A DNA stretch of 63,832 bases, the filler included, from Octopus bimaculoides (Eukaryota), in NCBI RefSeq assembly GCF_001194135.2. It is 6 parts of 4 records of this genome, joined end to end, with 100 filler letters (N's around TTAATTAATTAA, not from the genome) between each part and the next. Parts side by side here need not be neighbours in the genome. Positions count along the whole stretch, not along the records: positions 10,507 to 25,297 come from NC_068990.1; positions 25,398 to 39,890 come from NC_069008.1; 4 more parts are not named here. The stretch is one strand, 5' to 3'. Of this stretch, positions 14,437 to 28,716 are shown piece after piece; the stretch's first letter is position 1; each line of letters opens with the position of its first letter. Made by a program: the position numbers and the translations under genes. The notes beneath the pieces are model-generated. The model was not told the origin of the DNA. It worked only from the letters and a program-made list of their open reading frames with translations, and did no database searches.

Positions 14437-15111
14437 GTGTGTGTGTATGTGTATGTTTGTGTCTGTGCGTGTGTGTGTGCGCGTGGGTATACCATGGGTA
14501 TAGATTCTGCAGGATATCTGTGCTTCTCAGATATTTTCCTTACTGAAAATCTAATGAATTGCGCGGTTCAATGCAATGTCTGTATGATCTTTAAATTTTA
14601 TCTCTTGCATTATTTGCGCTTCAAATTTTTACAAAAGTAAACCTATCGATTATAGACAGCGATATTACATAATTAGGAAACTTTCATTTCAGAATTTTCT
14701 TACCAAAATTTCAACAAATGAGATGATATTGCAAATAATAGAGAAAGCGATAATCAATTTAGTATGTTTATCAAATTCGATTATTATTTGCCTCTAGTTA
14801 ATCAGCTTCAATTTGAAGCTAAAAGTCAGGAAATATTCTTTTTAATCATTCATTATATAAATTTCTAATTTTAACAGGAGACCAGAAGTTTATTGGGAGA
14901 AATATAGTTAATTGAATCAAGTGTAGCACAATGCTGATACTTTTTTCACTTGATACTGGAGGAACGAAAGGCAAATTGAATCGTTGAAGGTGTGAAACTT
15001 ATAGCGCAAAGAAGCGTTGCAAGTGGTTCTGTTACTCCTTGAAGTATACAACAGCAGCAGCAGCAGCAGTAGCATCGACAACAACAACAGCTACAATACT
15101 CATACTACTAC

Positions 15112-15647
15112 GAATAATCGCTTCAAATTGTAGCACAAGGCCAGCAATTCTTGAGGGAAGCAGTCATGTCGCTTACGTCGACCCCAGTGGATCAAATAGC
15201 ACTTATTTTGTCGACTCCGAGAAGATAAAAGGAAAGTTGATCTCGGCGGAATTTCAACTCAGAACGTAAAAACAGACGAAATGACACTACGCATTTTGTC
15301 CGGCATGCTAATGGTTCTGCCAGCAGCCCGCCTTCTGTACTACTACTACTACTACTACTATTGTTGTTGCTGCTGCTACTACACTACTACTACTATTGTT
15401 GTTGCTGCTGCTACTACACTACTACTGCTACAACTAATAATAATGATTCTTTCTACTATACGCAGAAGGCCTGAAATTTGGTGGAAGGGGGCAAGTCGAT
15501 TAGATCTACCCTAGAATGCAACTGGTACTTAATGTATCAACCCCGAAAGGATGAAAGGCAAAGTTGACTTCTGTGGGATTTGAACTCAGAACGTAATGAC
15601 AGACGAAATACCTGGGTGCTAACAATTCTACCACCTCATTACCTTCC

Positions 15648-15689
<42 letters not shown>

Positions 15690-15912
15690 CATCATCATCC
15701 TTTCTACTAAAGGCACAAGGATTGAAATTTGGGTGGGGGGGACTAGTCGATTGCATAGACCCCAGTGTTTTACTGGTACTTAATTTATCGACACCGAAAG
15801 GATGAAAGGCAAAGTCTAGCTCGACAGAATTTGAACTCAGAACGTGAAGACAGACGAAATACCGCTAAGCATTTCGCTCAGCATGCTAACGATTCTGCCA
15901 GCTCACCGCCTT
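15112..15912 (-). mobile_element. Three tandem SINE family A copies (15112-15334, 15445-15612, 15697-15912) separated by trinucleotide repeats
   Basis: Each contains the reverse complement of the core (gaatttgaactcagaacgt, ccgaaaggatgaaaggcaaagtc). Confidence 0.85.
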
Positions 15913-16229
15913 AATAACAATAATTCTTCTGCTTGTTGTTGGTGTTGTTATAAAGAAAGGAATAAACATTACAAGAGAAAAACTGATAGAAAGAGTGATT
16001 ACAAATGCAGCTAAAATATAACAAGGAGGGAATATAAATAGATCAGTTTCTTCTTCAAGTCATTTCAGCATTCAGTGACTGACTGAGATATGTTTTTCTC
16101 TTTTTTCTTTCCATCTTTTTACTCTCCCCGTCTATTCTTTCTGTAGAAGAGCGTATGCTCGAAATGTTAAAAACTTATATACATATATTACATGCACACA
16201 CATGCATACACACATACATACATATACAT

Positions 16230-16258
<29 letters not shown>

Positions 16259-16260
<2 letters not shown>

Positions 16261-17165
16261 GGTGCAGGAGTGGCTGTGTGGTAAGTAGCTTGCTTACCAA
16301 CCACATGGTTGTGGGTTCAGTCCTACTGCGTGGCACATACGGCAAGTGTCTTGTACTATAGCCTCGGGCCGACCAAGGCCTTGTGAGTGGATTTAGTCGA
16401 TGGAAACTGAAAGAAGCACGTCGTATATATATATANNNNNNNNNNNNNNNNNNNNNNNNNNNNNNNNNNNNNNNNNNNNNNNNNNNNNNNNNNNNNNNNN
16501 NNNNNNNNNNNNNNNNNNNNNNNNNNNNNNNNNNNNNNNNNNNNNNNNNNNNNNNNNNNNNNNNNNNNNNNNNNNNNNNNNNNNNNNNNNNNNNNNNNNN
16601 NNNNNNNNNNNNNNNNNNNNNNNNNNNNNNNNNNNNNNNNNNNNNNNNNNNNNNNNNNNNNNNNNNNNNNNNNNNNNNNNNNNNNNNNNNNNNNNNNNNN
16701 NNNNNNNNNNNNNNNNNNNNNNNNNNNNNNNNNNNNNNNNNNNNNNNNNNNNNNNNNNNNNNNNNNNNNNNNNNNNNNNNNNNNNNNNNNNNNNNNNNNN
16801 NNNNNNNNNNNNNNNNNNNNNNNNNNNNNNNNNNNNNNNNNNNNNNNNNNNNNNNNNNNNNNNNNNNNNNNNNNNNNNNNNNNNNNNGTGTGTGTATGTG
16901 TGTGTGTGTGTGTGTAACGAAGTTATGTATGCGTGTGTCTTTATGTTTTTATTTGTCTTCCCATCATCGCTTGGCAACCGGTGCTAATTTGTTTACGTCC
17001 CCGTAATACTAGCGGTTCATCAAAAGAGCTCGACAGAATAATTACCAGAATTAAAAAAAAAAAAAAAGCACTAAGCCAATTTGATCGACTAAATCCTTCC
17101 ATACGTGACGGTGCCCCAGCATGGCCACACTCCAATGACTGAAACTAGTAAATGATCAGGTAACT
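16259..17165 (+). mobile_element. SINE family C spanning an N gap at its internal microsatellite
   Basis: Head at 16259-16425, TA repeat, gap, TG repeat, then tail at 16935-17165. Confidence 0.82.
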
Positions 17166-17305
17166 GTAACTCTGAAACACCTGAAGTGGAAAATGAAATA
17201 TTACAGGGCTTGTGAAATTTAATGGTGAATAAAACGAAATAGTAAGATAAAAGAAAATAAAGAATGATCAAAAGTGGTTTTCGAAACCATTTATCTTTAG
17301 TTCAT

Positions 17306-17682
17306 GTCGTTGTTGGCACTCCGTGGCTTACGACGTCGAGGGTTCCAGTTGATCCGATCAACGGATCAGCCTGCTCATGAAATTAACGTCCAAGTAGCTG
17401 AGCACTCCACAGACACGTGTACCCTTAACGTAGTTCTCGCGGATATTCAGCGTGACACAGTGACAAGGCTGACCCTTTGAATTACAGGCACAACAGAAAC
17501 AGGAAGAAAGTGTGAGAGAAAGTTGTGGTGAAAGAGTACAGCTGGGTTCACCACCATCCCCTGCCGGAGCCTCGTGGAGCTTTAAGTGTTTTCACTCAAT
17601 AAACACTCACAACGCCTGGTCTGGGAATCGAAACCGCGATCTTATGACCGCTGCACTAACCGCTGGGCCATGGCGCTTCCAC
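17306..17682 (-). mobile_element. SINE family B
   Basis: Reverse complement of the 24138 copy; TSD ctttagttcat. Confidence 0.88.
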
Positions 17683-18639
17683 CTTTAGTTCATATACAAA
17701 ACATAAAGAGATGTGAAATAAAACTGCGGCAAAGCACATTTTCTCCTAGTGTACAATTTCGTTCCATATTCATCGCTTTTCCCTATCGCTATCCATCCCT
17801 GCTAAAATTATATCAAACAAAATATACGTTATTTATTTATTTATATTTATTTATTTATTGCCTTTGCTGTGGTATTATATAACTTAAAAATCTATACGGA
17901 ACCGTTCAATATTTTAAAATACGCCATCGCATTTGAAGTTGTTTTCACTTAAGTTTTGTTTCAACTGCCAGGGGGGATGTTATATTTTTAACACGTCCGT
18001 ATTTTAAACCATATTTCATGCTCACATAACTTCACGAATCTGCTCGTTATCGTAAAAATAAAAGAGCAGCTAACTCGAGGGTTGAATTCTTTGAATTGCT
18101 CTCGTGAATCGATACCTTATACAAGTTCAGAGTGAAAGAATATTCTTGATAGTTTGACCCTCTTTGTTTTCTAAAGAGGATATTGCTGCAACGTCTTTTG
18201 ACGTGAGTTATTAATACAAGAATAAAATCGTTTGTGATGCTGACATTGAACATAATGAATTTCGGATGTATTTTATTATAATGTATTAACTTTATATTGA
18301 GCTATCAGATTTTTTCCATACAATAGTGTCTTACCATTGTTTTTTGCTTTTGTTTCTGTTTTTTTGTCTTTTCGTATTTTAAATACAATATGAGCTTACA
18401 TCGATTAGAATAATCGATAAACAACACAGTAACACCAACAGTTCATACATCTAACATTCTTCACTATTACCATCCGTTGATAGAACACAACTCCGCACAG
18501 TACGTACTACATCTGATGAAGAAAAGAAAAGAAAACACGTAACTCTAAGCACACAACATATACATAACAAAATAAACTGAATCTTTTTTTTTTCGAAGCG
18601 CTACTGATTCTAACAACTCCTGTCCTACGTCAAACATAA

Positions 18640-18701
<62 letters not shown>

Positions 18702-18702
<1 letters not shown>

Positions 18703-19244
18703 TGAAAAAAGAAACATAGGGCCTAATTGCAGATCAAGCGATAAAAACAGACAACATGAGAGAAAAATATAAACGGAGAGAATGTGTCAGAAAATGTAGA
18801 ACCTGTGGAACTTGGAACGAGACAGTGGCACACATTGTGACAGACTGCCCAAATTGGCACAAGAAGAATATAAGAAATGGAGACAGACCAGGCTGTAAAG
18901 GTTTTACTCTGGAAACTGTACCAGAAATGGGGATTTGAAGCTGGAAACACATGGTACAATCATCGAGTCGAAAAAGTACTGGAGTCGGAAAAATGTAAGA
19001 TTTTGTGGGATTTTTCTTATTGGAACGGACAAAAAATCAGAAAATAAGAGACCGGAAATAACAATTATAGATAAGGATGAGCGAGATTGCTTACTAATCG
19101 ACCCATCATGCTCGTTTGATTCCAGGATCGTAAAGAAAGAGGACGGAAAGCAAAAAGAAATCCAATCCCTTAAAATTTGAAAAAAGGAAGAATTTGGAGC
19201 ATGAGAACAGTAATGGCCATGCCTGTAGTAATTGGGGAACAGGC
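18702..19244 (+). mobile_element. Decayed RLE-type non-LTR retrotransposon fragment (R4/Dong-like): CCHC knuckle and restriction-like endonuclease
   Basis: Frameshifted translation CRTCGTWNETVAHIVTDCP...KILWDF...KRPEITIIDK...CLLIDPSC...PVVIG. Begins directly after an (AAT)n tract. Confidence 0.85.
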
Positions 19245-19245
19245 A

Positions 19246-20087
19246 AAATCATCTGCGCACCGGATAAAACGTTTAGCGTAATTTCTTCCGGATCTTTACA
19301 GTTTGAGTTCAAAATTCCACTGAGCTTGATTTCGTTTTCATTATTTTGGAGTCGAAGTTGGTGAGCTGACAGACTCGTTAGCACGTCGGGCGATATGCTC
19401 AGCGGTATTTCATCTTTCTTCTGAGTTCAAATTCCGCCTTTGTCTTTCTTCCTTTTGGCGTCGATAAATTAAATACCAGTTGCGTACTGGAGTCGATCTA
19501 ATCGACTGGCCCCTCCCACCAAATTTCAGTCCTTGTGCCTATAGTAGAAAGGATTATTTTGGAGTTCATAAAATAAGTACGAATGAGTAGTGACGTCGAT
19601 ATAACCGCATCATCTCTTACTCAGTAAAATTGCCGGTCTTGTGCCTATAATACAGAGAATTATTATTATGAGCGCAGAACTGGCGAAATCGTTAGCACGT
19701 CGATCAAAATGCTTAGCGGCTTTTCTTCCAATTTTATACATTCCGAGTTCAAATTCCACCGCAGTCAACTTACTCTTTCGTTCATTTGGGGTCGATAAAA
19801 TGCAGAACTAGTTTAGCTCTGGAGTCGATCGTACTCACTCCCTCCCTCCCCTACATTAGCGGACTTGTGCCAAAATTTGAAACCAATTAAAGTGGCGATC
19901 TGGCAGAATCGTTAGTACACCGGGCAAAATGCCTACCGGCATTGCGTCCATCTTTACGTTCTGAGTTCAAATCCCGCCGAGATCGACTTTGTCAGGGTCG
20001 ATAAAATAAGTTTGAACACTGGCGTCGATGTAATCGACTTGACTTTTCCCCTAAACTTGCGGCCTTGTTCCAAAATTTGAGACCATT
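19246..20087 (+). mobile_element. Four tandem SINE family A copies
   Basis: Repeated gagttcaaattcc and gtcgataaa motifs near 19300, 19420, 19745 and 19965. Confidence 0.85.
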
Positions 20088-21094
20088 TTTATTATTACAT
20101 ATCTCACCATTATCACTGCTGCTGCTGTTGCTGCTGCTGCTACAACTGCTACTGCTACAACTGCTACTGCTACTACTACTGTTCTATTCTCTGATAATAG
20201 TCATTACCAAGCCAACGATACAAGATAACATGTTTGTGATTTCATAAAGTATCCTGAAGAAGTTCCCTAGAGGATTCTTCCGGATGCTTTATTGTCATTT
20301 TTTTTTGTATTTATTTTGTTTTGTTTATATATATTGAACTATTTAATCATTTATTTATACATACATTTATTTAATTTATTCATTCGTTTCTTTGTTTGAT
20401 TGTTAGTTTCTTTAGCCATTTCTTTTTTTATGTCAAAATATTGTTGCTTTAACAAGAAATATGATTCGTTTTAAGAAAAACACACAAAAAAATGAAGAAT
20501 TAGTTGAAGCAATCTGAAACAGAATTCGTTTTATTTTATTATTATTTTATTATCAGATTCAATATGAATCGCTCCGAATTCAAGAGTGCATCCGACCTAT
20601 ATATATATATTTGTTCAGCATGTCATACCTCCTCCTGCTCTTCCTCCCAAAGACTCCGCCTTTCGTTCCCTCCTCCTCTCTCCTTACTCCTAATAGCGTT
20701 CACTTTCTATCGGGAAATAAATTGGCAACAAAATGGCAATATTAAAAACAAATCACTCTCCGAAAGCTCCCATTCAGCATTACACCGCTATACACTATGT
20801 TTACGCTACCTACTATAAATATATATATAACGTTCTAATGAGGAAACCTTTAACGTTGTCGTTCGACTTTCAAGAAATAGCTGTTAAATCTCCCTCATAT
20901 CACATACTATCGTCTCGAATAAAGAATGAGAATTCTGAGTAAAGCTGAATAGATACGTAATTAAAGAAAGTTGAGATGCTGACGGCTGCAGCTTGTTTTT
21001 TTATGCTAGATCTGTCTTCTTTCCAGTTCGATCAAGGGTTATACAAATGCAAATACAACATACATTTATCCAGCAAAAGATGCGCACGCACGCG

Positions 21095-21155
<61 letters not shown>

Positions 21156-21629
21156 TCATGGTGGTATAATACAGGACTTATCAAAGTCTGATAAGTAGTT
21201 TAGAAAGAAGCTGGTAGGTATATACTTACTTGTATGTGTGGTATGATATTTTACAAGTAATATAGCATTCAATCAGTTAAGAGAATAAAGATATTAAAAT
21301 ACAAACCACAAAAAAAAACCCATTCTGAAATACATCTACAATATAATAAAATGCGTGCATATATGTAAATATACATGTACGGGCATATATATATANNNNN
21401 NNNNNNNNNNNNNNNNNNNNNNNNNNNNNNNNNNNNNNNNNNNNNNNNNNNNNNNNNNNNNNNNNNNNNNNNNNNNNNNNNNNNNNNNNNNNNNNNNNNN
21501 NNNNNNNNNNNNNNNNNNNNNNNNNNNNNNNNNNNNNNNNNNNNNNNNNNNNNNNNNNNNNNNNNNNNNNNNNNNNNNNNNNNNNNNNNNNNNNNNNNNN
21601 NNNNNNNNNNNNNNNNNNNNNNNNNNNNN

Positions 21630-21670
<41 letters not shown>

Positions 21671-22669
21671 GTAAATAATATGTGACAATTATTCGGTAGC
21701 CATTTATGTGCATATATACTGTATATGTATATATATATATATATATTGTATATTGAAATATGTGTGTGCACGTACGTACATCCATCCAGACATATATACA
21801 TATACACGCACTTACACATACACACACATACACTGGCACATATACACACACATACGTACATATTATCTACAATTGTCTCGAAATTTTATCTTTAGTGATG
21901 ACAGTAATCATCGCATTTCAAAAACTTCACTCCCTGTGTATGAAATTCCAAATTTCAAGGACCATGTTTCCAAGACTATGATAAGATAGGGATAACTTTT
22001 GTTTTATTAATCTTGCACAGTCACTAACCTGTCACTTCACATTTTGTGATCCATTCAATATATTATAATACCGAAAAATAGAAATTCCGTTGCGTGTTTT
22101 TACTTCAGAATCTCCCAGCGTTATAATTTCTTTGTGAGATTCACTGATCGCTTCTGATATTTCTCTCCATATATTTCATATCCTATTTTTCTTTATTTAT
22201 TTCTTACTTCGTATAACTGTGTGGTGGATAATTTCATTTTATCAAAGATCATGGATATTAAATTTGGATCTTGCTTCTTTTTATTATTATTTTTTCTTAA
22301 GCCCTATGACTTATTAGGTCTATCACACGGTTTCCATACCCTAATAAGTGACCGGGATCGAAACAATCACTTTAACCGGACGACAGTCTATTTCATGGTT
22401 CATAACCACCTATATTTGTGGGATGGGGACAAGTCGATAATCTCGACCCCAATACTTGACTCCTACTTTCTTTCATTGACCTGGAGAGGATAAAAGCAAA
22501 GTTGACCTCGGTGGAATTTGAACTCAGAAGAAATTCCGGTAGGCATTTTGTCCGACGGGCACACGTTTCTTCTAGCTCATCAGCTTATCTGATATCTACG
22601 GAAAGCGTATTAATGTTTACCATACTTTTATCCACGTCTTTCATTTTTAACGTAATATATTCCAAGGAT

Positions 22670-23200
22670 AAGGCGGTGAGCTGGCAGAAACGTTACCACG
22701 CCGGAAGAAATGCTAAGCGATATTTCATCTGCCGTTACGTTCTGAGGTCAAATTCCGCCAAGGTTGACTTTACCTTACATCCTTTCGGGATCGATCAATT
22801 AAGTACCAGTTACGCACTGGAGTCGATGTAATCGATTTAATCCCTTTGTCTGTCCTTGTTTGTCCCCTCTATGTTTAGCCCTTTGTGGGCAATAAAGAAG
22901 TAAGAAACGTTAGCACACCCTTCATTCTTTCGGGGTCGATGAATTAAATACCAGTTGCGTACCAGGGTCGATCTAATCGACTGGCCCCCTCCTCAAAAAT
23001 TTCGGGCCTTGTGCCTAGAGTAGAAAAGAATATATTCCATGGATAAAGCGGCGGTATTTCATCTGTCTTTACGTTCTGAGTTCAAATTCCGCTGAGGTCA
23101 ACTTTGCCGCTCATCCTTTCGGGGTAGATAAATTAAGTACCAGTTGCGTACTGAGGTCGATCTAATTCACTGGCACCCCCTGTGCCTAGAGTAGAAAAGC
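22670..23200 (+). mobile_element. SINE family A cluster (one full copy, two partial copies)
   Basis: Core motif occurs three times; the flank aatatattcca(a/t/g)ggataa also occurs three times. Confidence 0.85.
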
Positions 23201-23372
23201 AAATAATATATTCCAGGGATAAGGTAAAAACGTCAGGAGATAGCATGCAGCATTGTCTCACATCTGAGCATACTTTATACCAATCTGTAATTTGACCATC
23301 TATGGTTACAACACCCTCCCTATTTCTATATTTTGCAATACTCCACTTTCTCTCTCCTATAGAAGGACAAGT

Positions 23373-23717
23373 GGAACTCCGTCGGTTACGACGAGAAGGG
23401 TTCCAGTTGATCCGAACAACAGAACAGCCTGCTCGTGAAATTAACGTGCAAGTGGCTAAGCACTCCACAGACACGTGTACCCTCAAACGTAGTCCTCAGG
23501 GAGACTCAGCGTGTGACATGGCTGGCTCTTTGAAATACAGGTACAACAGAAACAAGATTAAAGAGTGAGAGAAAGTTGTGGTGAAAGAGTACGGAGTCTC
23601 GTGGTGCTTTAAGTGTTTTCGCTCGATAAACACTCACAACGCTCGGTGTGGGAATCGAAACCGCAATCCTATGACTACGAATCAGCTGCTTTAACCACTG
23701 GGCTATTGCGCCTCCAC
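23373..23717 (-). mobile_element. SINE family B
   Basis: TSD tagaaggacaagt. Confidence 0.88.
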
Positions 23718-24137
23718 TAGAAGGACAAGTAGCTGTATTGCCTTAAGTCTAACAAGGAAGACGCACTATGCGACTGCATGCAAATGTAACTACATCATAG
23801 TTACATTTTTGCTCTTCGATGAAGTTCATCTGGATTGTTAAACTTACATCAATTTTTCGTGTTAAACAATTATTATTTAAACAAAAAATAGTGGGTGCCT
23901 AAGTATTTCCTTAAAATAAATTGCTACCATCTGCTTATTAGAACCAAAACTCCAGATACCGTTTTTAAACATTTCCTTATCACCACTAAAATCATTGTGG
24001 AAATCAAAGGAAATGCGAATTTGCTTTAGAGATACCGTAGGTGATTGTAGTAGATACCATTTGTGATCTAATCGGAGGGGGAATAACGATTTGTTAAGTA
24101 AGGTCTATAGTGTTGGCGTATATATATATGTGAATGT

Positions 24138-24520
24138 GCTGAGGCGCAATGGCCTAGTGGTTAGGGCAGCGGACTCGCGGTCATAAGATCGCGGTTTCGA
24201 TTCCCAGACCGGGCATTGTGAGTGTTTATTGAGCGAAACACCTAAAGTTCCACGAGGCTCCGGCAGGGGATGGTGGCGAACCCTGCTGTACTCTTTCACC
24301 ACAACTTTCTCTCACTCTTTCTTCCTGTTTCTGTTGTGCATGTAATTCAAAGGGTCAGCCTCTCCACACTGTGTCACGCTGAATATCCACGAGAACTACG
24401 TTAAGGGTACATGTGTCTGTGGAGTGCTCAGCCGCTTGCACGTTAATTTAACGAGCAGGCTGTTCCATTGATCGGATCAACTGGAACCCTCGACGTCGTA
24501 AGCGACGGAGTGCCAACAAG
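24138..24520 (+). mobile_element. tRNA-derived SINE family B (possibly an octopus tRNA-Arg OR-type family)
   Basis: Head gaggcgcaatggcctagtggttagggcagcggactcgcgg...ggtttcgattccc. 12-bp TSD atatgtgaatgt. The family name is from recall only. Confidence 0.88.
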
Positions 24521-25262
24521 ATATGTGAATGTATAACTTAGTGCAACAAAGTGTTCCTTGATAATCCCTTCTGGTTAAGCAGCGAAATGCATTTGGAATA
24601 TTCACCTGAAGAGTTCCAAGTCACCAGAAACGTGATAAGTACAAAAGAATAGATAATATAAGATCGTATTTATCTTAATTTTTCGTATGTGTGTGTTTGT
24701 GTGCGTGTGTGTGTAGTATAAATATCTATAATTTTTTCACGTTTAGAACGCCAGATGGTTGCAAACGATTTGTTCATGGCATAGTGCCAAGAAGCTCACG
24801 ATATTTGAGTCACTTATAATTTACTGCCAACAGATAAATATAACACACACACTAACACACACACACACACACATATACATATACGCGCACACGCACACAC
24901 ACACACACACACATATACACACAAAGGAAGCCGTTTTATTCTAAACAGACAATGTTTCCAAACGGTTACTGTTATCAATAATGCGTTCAATTAAACTGTC
25001 TTAGAATACTTAAAATGAAATAAAAATTTAGCCGTTTATTATCAACAGTCGAGTTAGAATTTATATTCCAACCTAAATTTTATCAGCCTGTCATTGTTAA
25101 CAAAAGCACTTTGCCCCAGAGATCACAATGTATATATAAAATGTACTGTAATGTGATAGAAAATTCAACAAAAAAAGTACTCCATCTGGTGATAAATGCT
25201 ATATATTTAAATGGCACGATATATTTAAAGACTTAAAGACATGTATTTTGCCCTTTAAAGAT

Positions 25263-25294
<32 letters not shown>

Positions 25295-26201
25295 TATNNN
25301 NNNNNNNNNNNNNNNNNNNNNNNNNNNNNNNNNNNNNNNNNTTAATTAATTAANNNNNNNNNNNNNNNNNNNNNNNNNNNNNNNNNNNNNNNNNNNNTGT
25401 GTGTATATATATATATATATATACATATATACGACAGTCTTTCAGTTTCCGTCTACCAAATCCACTCACAAGGCTTTGGTCGGCCCGAGGCTATAATAGA
25501 AGACACTTACCCAAGGTGCCACTCAGTGGGAATGAACCCGGAACCATGTGGTTGGTAAGCAAGCTACTTACCACATAGCCACTCCTGCACCTATAACGTT
25601 GATGTTTCAAATATATAAAAATCTATTTTCTAAATTTTATCGTCATAATAGTATTTCTTGCCCCGTGAAAATGTATCTCACGGGAAAATGTTTCTCTAGA
25701 AAGTTATAAAGAAACAGCTGGCGTTCTCTTGTTACACAACCATTAACAGAAACTATATTTACATTAGATACAGTAGAGAATAGTTTAGAGAATGATGTAA
25801 AATAAGCTTTTTAAATTATGTAGTTATAACAGTAATTTATTTAACTTGGTATTTCATTGTATAATAACTGTGTTGATCTCTCTTCTATATCTTATGCTGT
25901 TTCCTTTTTATTTCAGATTAAAGGATGACATTGGCATAAAAGAACTTTTTTTTACATTAGCTAAATCTTGAACGTTTATCATCTTTTAAAGACTAAAGGA
26001 GAACGTTATACAGAATAGAAATGATCATATTGCTATAAAGTATGAAATATTTGCTCTGAACTGAGACAAATAGCAACATTTTCCTATTCGTTATTTAGTG
26101 GTTTTGCATTCTAATTAACTTTGAAAGTGTTTGTAAAGGAGTTTGCAGCATCATTAGATGTTGATAAGGATCACAGTTGACGGCACTGGAGATAATTGTA
26201 A

Positions 26202-27356
<1,155 letters not shown>

Positions 27357-27408
27357 CTGAATCATTGCCACAACTCATTACAGCACATGTCAGTAACTAA
27401 TATTTTAA

Positions 27409-27639
27409 GGCGGTGAGCTGGCAGAAACGTTAGCACGCCGGGCGAAATGCTTACCGGTATTTCGTCTGCCATTACGTTCTGAGTTCAAATTCCGCCGAGG
27501 TCGACTTTGCCTTTCATCCTTTCGGGGTCGATAAATTAAGTACCAGTTATGCACTGGGATCGATGTAATCGACTTAATCCCATTGTCTGTCCTTGTTTGT
27601 CCCTTCTGTGTTTAGCCCCTTGCGGGCAATAAAGAAATA
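27409..27639 (+). mobile_element. tRNA-derived SINE family A, full length, in the ZNF-A 3' UTR
   Basis: Box A/B-like head (ggcggtgagctggcagaaacg...gagttcaaattcc) and central gtcgactttgcctttcatcctttcggggtcgataaa domain. 17-bp TSD agtaactaa(t/g)attttaa. Confidence 0.9.
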
Positions 27640-28177
27640 AGTAACTAAGATTTTAAAACCGTTTCCCATGCTGAAGCATGAGCCTTGTGAATTTACCAGA
27701 AATCCATGAAGCCATGGCAATAATTATACTCATCATTGTTCCGTTTTTGGAGAAAGTGTTTTGCAGCCAGATGTCCTTGATGCCAACGATTTTAGTAACC
27801 AAGTTACCTGGGATACATATAGTTTATCTGGACACAATCTGTTGATTAAAATTCATTCCATTTAAGAAATAACTTGTATAACCATAAATGTATTCACCAG
27901 GAAAGAAAATTCAGCAGTGTGATAACAAGCTGCTGTCACTATATTTTATATCACTACAGTTATATCAACATTGGTGAGATAACATATTACTGTGATATAT
28001 TTTAAATAAAAAGCATTCTCATAAAGGATATAGGAAAGATATTGTTGATGTATTTGATATTCTGGGTGAATAACTGAGAAATATGTTCTCAGAGATCTGT
28101 AATATCGCTGTAACATTTGTTATGATCTCAATAAATAAAATTTAAAACAAAAATGTTCTTTATTACCAAAAGATATA

Positions 28178-28339
28178 TACCATATTTTAATGTGTATAAG
28201 GAGCCCTTGTCAAAAATTAAGTTTAAAAAATATGGGAGTTTCTTATACATGGATAGTATTGTAATCCCTTACAAAACCTCTTTTCCAAATTTTAAGCCCA
28301 AAAAGTTAGCAGGTTCCTTATACATGTTAAAATACAGTA
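28178..28339. mobile_element. pogo/Tigger-type MITE with TA ends
   Basis: TIRs TACCATATTTTAATGTGTATAAG and (reverse complement) TACTGTATTTTAACATGTATAAG. Present only in the left duplication arm. Confidence 0.7.
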
Positions 28340-28384
28340 TATAAACTTTATACTTACCACACAGCCATGTATATATATGCATGC

Positions 28385-28676
28385 CTCTGGTTAGTGTCAG
28401 ACTCAGTCATGAGGTAGTGAGTTCGATTCCCAGACTGGGCTTTGTGTCCCATTCTTGAGCAAGACACTTCATTCCACATTGGTCCAGTTCACTCAGCTGT
28501 AAAAATGAGTTGTGATGTCACTGGTGCCAAGCTGAGATAACATCAGTGGTGTAAAGAGGGGAGGCCGGTTTGCATGGACAACTGCTGGTTGTCCATAGAC
28601 TTGTGCCTCAGAGGTGAACTTTCTGGGGCAATCCCATGGTCATCAGTGGGGTGGGGGACTTTACCTTTTACCCCTT

Positions 28677-28680
<4 letters not shown>
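28385..28680 (+). mobile_element. CORE-type SINE family D, at the same relative position in both duplication arms
   Basis: gagttcgattccc box B and ttgagcaagacactt...ccagttcactcagctg CORE-like domain. Counterpart at 33465-33790 on -. Confidence 0.75.
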
Positions 28681-28716
<36 letters not shown>

